64,000 nucleotides of DNA from Chiloscyllium plagiosum. Its lineage: Eukaryota. Made by a program: the position numbers and the translations under genes. Below are positions 61,046 to 64,000 of this stretch, in pieces. Each line of letters starts with the position of its first letter. The first letter of the stretch is position 1. Location: contig NC_057717.1 in the NCBI RefSeq assembly GCF_004010195.1, positions 63,279,168 to 63,343,167 on the forward strand, in the 5' to 3' direction. Below the pieces are notes generated by a model, which worked only from the letters and a program-made list of their open reading frames with translations, searched no databases and had not been told where the DNA came from.

Positions 61046-61984
61046 GTAACTTCTTCTAATAACTCTATGAATTTTGTGAGATATTATTTCCCACGCACAA
61101 AGCCATGTTGACTGTCCCTAATCAGTCATTGCCTTTCCAAATGCATGTATATCCTGTCCCTCANNNNNNNNNNNNNNNNNNNNNNNNNNNNNNNNNNNNN
61201 NNNNNNNNNNNNNNNNNNNNNNNNNNNNNNNNNNNNNNNNNNNNNNNNNNNNNNNNNNNNNNNNNNNNNNNNNNNNNNNNNNNNNNNNNNNNNNNNNNNN
61301 NNNNNNNNNNNNNNNNNNNNNNNNNNNNNNNNNNNNNNNNNNNNNNNNNNNNNNNNNNNNNNNNNNNNNNNNNNNNNNNNNNNNNNNNNNNNNNNNNNNN
61401 NNNNNNNNNNNNNNNNNNNNNNNNNNNNNNNNNNNNNNNNNNNNNNNNNNNNNNNNNNNNNNNNNNNNNNNNNNNNNNNNNNNNNNNNNNNNNNNNNNNN
61501 NNNNNNNNNNNNNNNNNNNNNNNNNNNNNNNNNNNNNNNNNNNNNNNNNNNNNNNNNNNNNNNNNNNNNNNNNNNNNNNNNNNNNNNNNNNNNNNNNNNN
61601 NNNNNNNNNNNNNNNNNNNNNNNNNNNNNNNNNNNNNNNNNNNNNNNNNNNNNNNNNNNNNNNNNNNNNNNNNNNNNNNNNNNNNNNNNNNNNNNNNNNN
61701 NNNNNNNNNNNNNNNNNNNNNNNNNNNNNNNNNNNNNNNNNNNNNNNNNNNNNNNNNNNNNNNNNNNNNNNNNNNNNNNNNNNNNNNNNNNNNNNNNNNN
61801 NNNNNNNNNNNNNNNNNNNNNNNNNNNNNNNNNNNNNNNNNNNNNNNNNNNNNNNNNNNNNNNNNNNNNNNNNNNNNNNNNNNNNNNNNNNNNNNNNNNN
61901 NNNNNNNNNNNNNNNNNNNNNNNNNNNNNNNNNNNNNNNNNNNNNNNNNNNNNNNNNNNNNNNNNNNNNNNNNNNNNNNNNNNN

Positions 61985-64000
61985 TGCCCACAGAATTTCA
62001 CATGTGACATGTTTCAGTGGAGAGTTAAAAGTCTTCTTACTTTTTCTTCTTTTATGAAGTTTCAATATTTATTCTTCTGATGTTTGAGGACTTGGCTTTA
62101 CAGTGGAGGAACATGGAGCTGAATTTTTGTTCATGGCCCATGTTCAATGAAATTGAGCTGAGTGTGAAGTTGTTTTAATAATCGGGAGAGATATTTCTTG
62201 AATAAGATTACAACGAGTGGTAACACATGAATTTCCGGAAAGGAGGTGGATTGCAGACTTGCGAGCTGACAACGATACTTTACACATCCACAGATAGAAA
62301 TCTTCATGCCTCTGAGTTTCTGTATGGCTATCGATTGGACAAATACATTATATTTTCCTTTCTGATGTTCACACTACAATCGCTCCTATAAATGTCAACA
62401 GTCGATGCATGGATGCCAATTCTTTTATCGTCTACAACAGAATTTCTGTTTTTTTTAATGAATAGTGCATTCGCAGCATTTGGCTAATATGTATAAGCAG
62501 CAACCCATGCATAAACGATGAGCAAAAATAAAAAAAATGAATCTACCAAGTGGATTTCTCTCTGATGCTCGAATTTATATGGCGTGTTATAAGTTGAATT
62601 TAATAAATCCACTCAGGTTAGCAGAAGGACAGAGCATGATACTCAGTCCATCAAAGAGTCATAGTAATTAAATAGCATGACACACATCTTTGGCTCAACA
62701 TGGACATGCCGAGTGGATATTCTAAACTGACCTCCTCCCATTTGCCAGAATTTGGCCATATCTCTGTTAGCGCTTCCTCTTCATGAAAATCATCCAGGAC
62801 ATATTCAGATATTGGAATTGTAGCTGCGTCCAATCCTTCCCCAGGCAGTTCATTCTGTATGTGCATCATCATGTCGGTGAAAACGTTACTTCTTTTCCAT
62901 TTAGTTATTTCTCCTCTCACACTAGACGTATGCAGTCAGGTTTTGTACACTCTACAGTGTAAGAAGACCTGAGTTACCATGATCCTCATGACTTTATAAA
63001 TCCCCATAAGGTCACCCGTTATCCTGTTGTGCTTCAGCGAGCTTGGTACCTCGAAATTCAGCATTCCAAGCAATCATTTCTGAACTTTCATGTTCAACGG
63101 TTTCCTTTCGATAGCAAAGAGATCAGAATCGCACACACTGTTTTAATGTGGCCGAACCAATGTCTTGCACGCATGCAACATCCCAATCTTCAACTGAATG
63201 CCCTGCCAAATAAAAGCAGTGATGCAATGCACCATCTGTAAGATTCTGTTAACCTACGACTGCACTTTCAAAGAACTATGAACCTGCAATTCAAGGTCTC
63301 TTTTTAGATTAACGCATCCCAGTCCCTCCCATTAAGTCTACAGAAAAAACTGTGGACTGAAGATGCTGAAGATCTGAGTCGAGAGTGTGATGATGGAAAA
63401 GCACATCAGGTCAGCCAGCATCCGAAGAGCAGGGGAATCGGGCAAATCCCTTGATCTGGAAGTGTATATGTTTGGGTGATTGACTTTCCAAAAGCATTAA
63501 CTTGCATGTAATTAAGATACGCCCATATTTCCACTCCTCCACCCAATGGCAAATCTGACTTCATGTACCGCTGTAATTAGAGATAAACGTCTTCACTGTA
63601 AACAACACCACGTATTTTGGTGTCAACTGCGAATGTACGAAGCATAGCTGAGAAGTGTTGATCAGGTTGGTAGGCCAATCACAAATGGTTTTATCGCTTG
63701 TTAATGCAATAAAGATTTTGCGGAATTTAATGAAAGGCAGGACGCTGGGAAGAATGGAGGAATACAGTTATCTTCCTTGTGGTTCTCCACTGGTCACAGG
63801 CCTCCAGTTGGAAAAAACAACCCTCCATCAACACCCTCCTTCTTCTACTCTCGAGCCAGTTCTGTATCCAAATGGCTAATTCTCCCTGTTTTCCGTGAAA
63901 TCTAACCACGCTAATCAGTTTCCCATGGGGAACCTAGTCGAATGCCTTACTGAAGCCCACATACATCACATCTACTGTTCTGCCATCATCACTCTTCTTT
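61985..64000 (+). repeat. Copy 2 of the direct duplication (runs off the window end)
   Basis: ORF pairs 60075..60287/63029..63241 and 60701..60943/63655..63879 are near-identical. Confidence 0.95.

Overview
Repeat-dominated eukaryotic DNA from a draft assembly with seven N-gaps (3746-4245, 31185-31754, 38700-39681, 40981-41598, 45066-45565, 52056-52117, 61164-61984). The repeat repertoire (CR1 LINEs, Penelope-like elements, HE1/V-SINE-type and Deu-type SINEs) and a GPR139-like GPCR exon point to a cartilaginous fish, probably a shark (inference). The only supportable host coding sequence is a partial GPR139-like exon (3619-3745) that runs into a gap. It sits between the arms of a ~2.7 kb inverted segmental duplication (1-2763 / 11451-14126). 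The rest is layered mobile DNA: many CR1 fragments, young Penelope insertions with inverted pseudo-LTRs and minimal hammerhead-ribozyme motifs, a decayed Gypsy element with integrase upstream of RT (Gmr1-like), nested SINEs and several duplications. The most striking feature is a ~190-bp tandem monomer array (41599-42482) at the apparent 5' end of a CR1 element. On the CR1 sense strand each monomer reads as a Pol II promoter cassette (ETS/CRE-like motif, TATA at -31, Inr) followed by a 65-66 nt GT-AG mini-intron. The insertion's 5' end falls within 1-3 nt of the predicted TSS. Identities are estimated by eye; no alignments or database searches were run.
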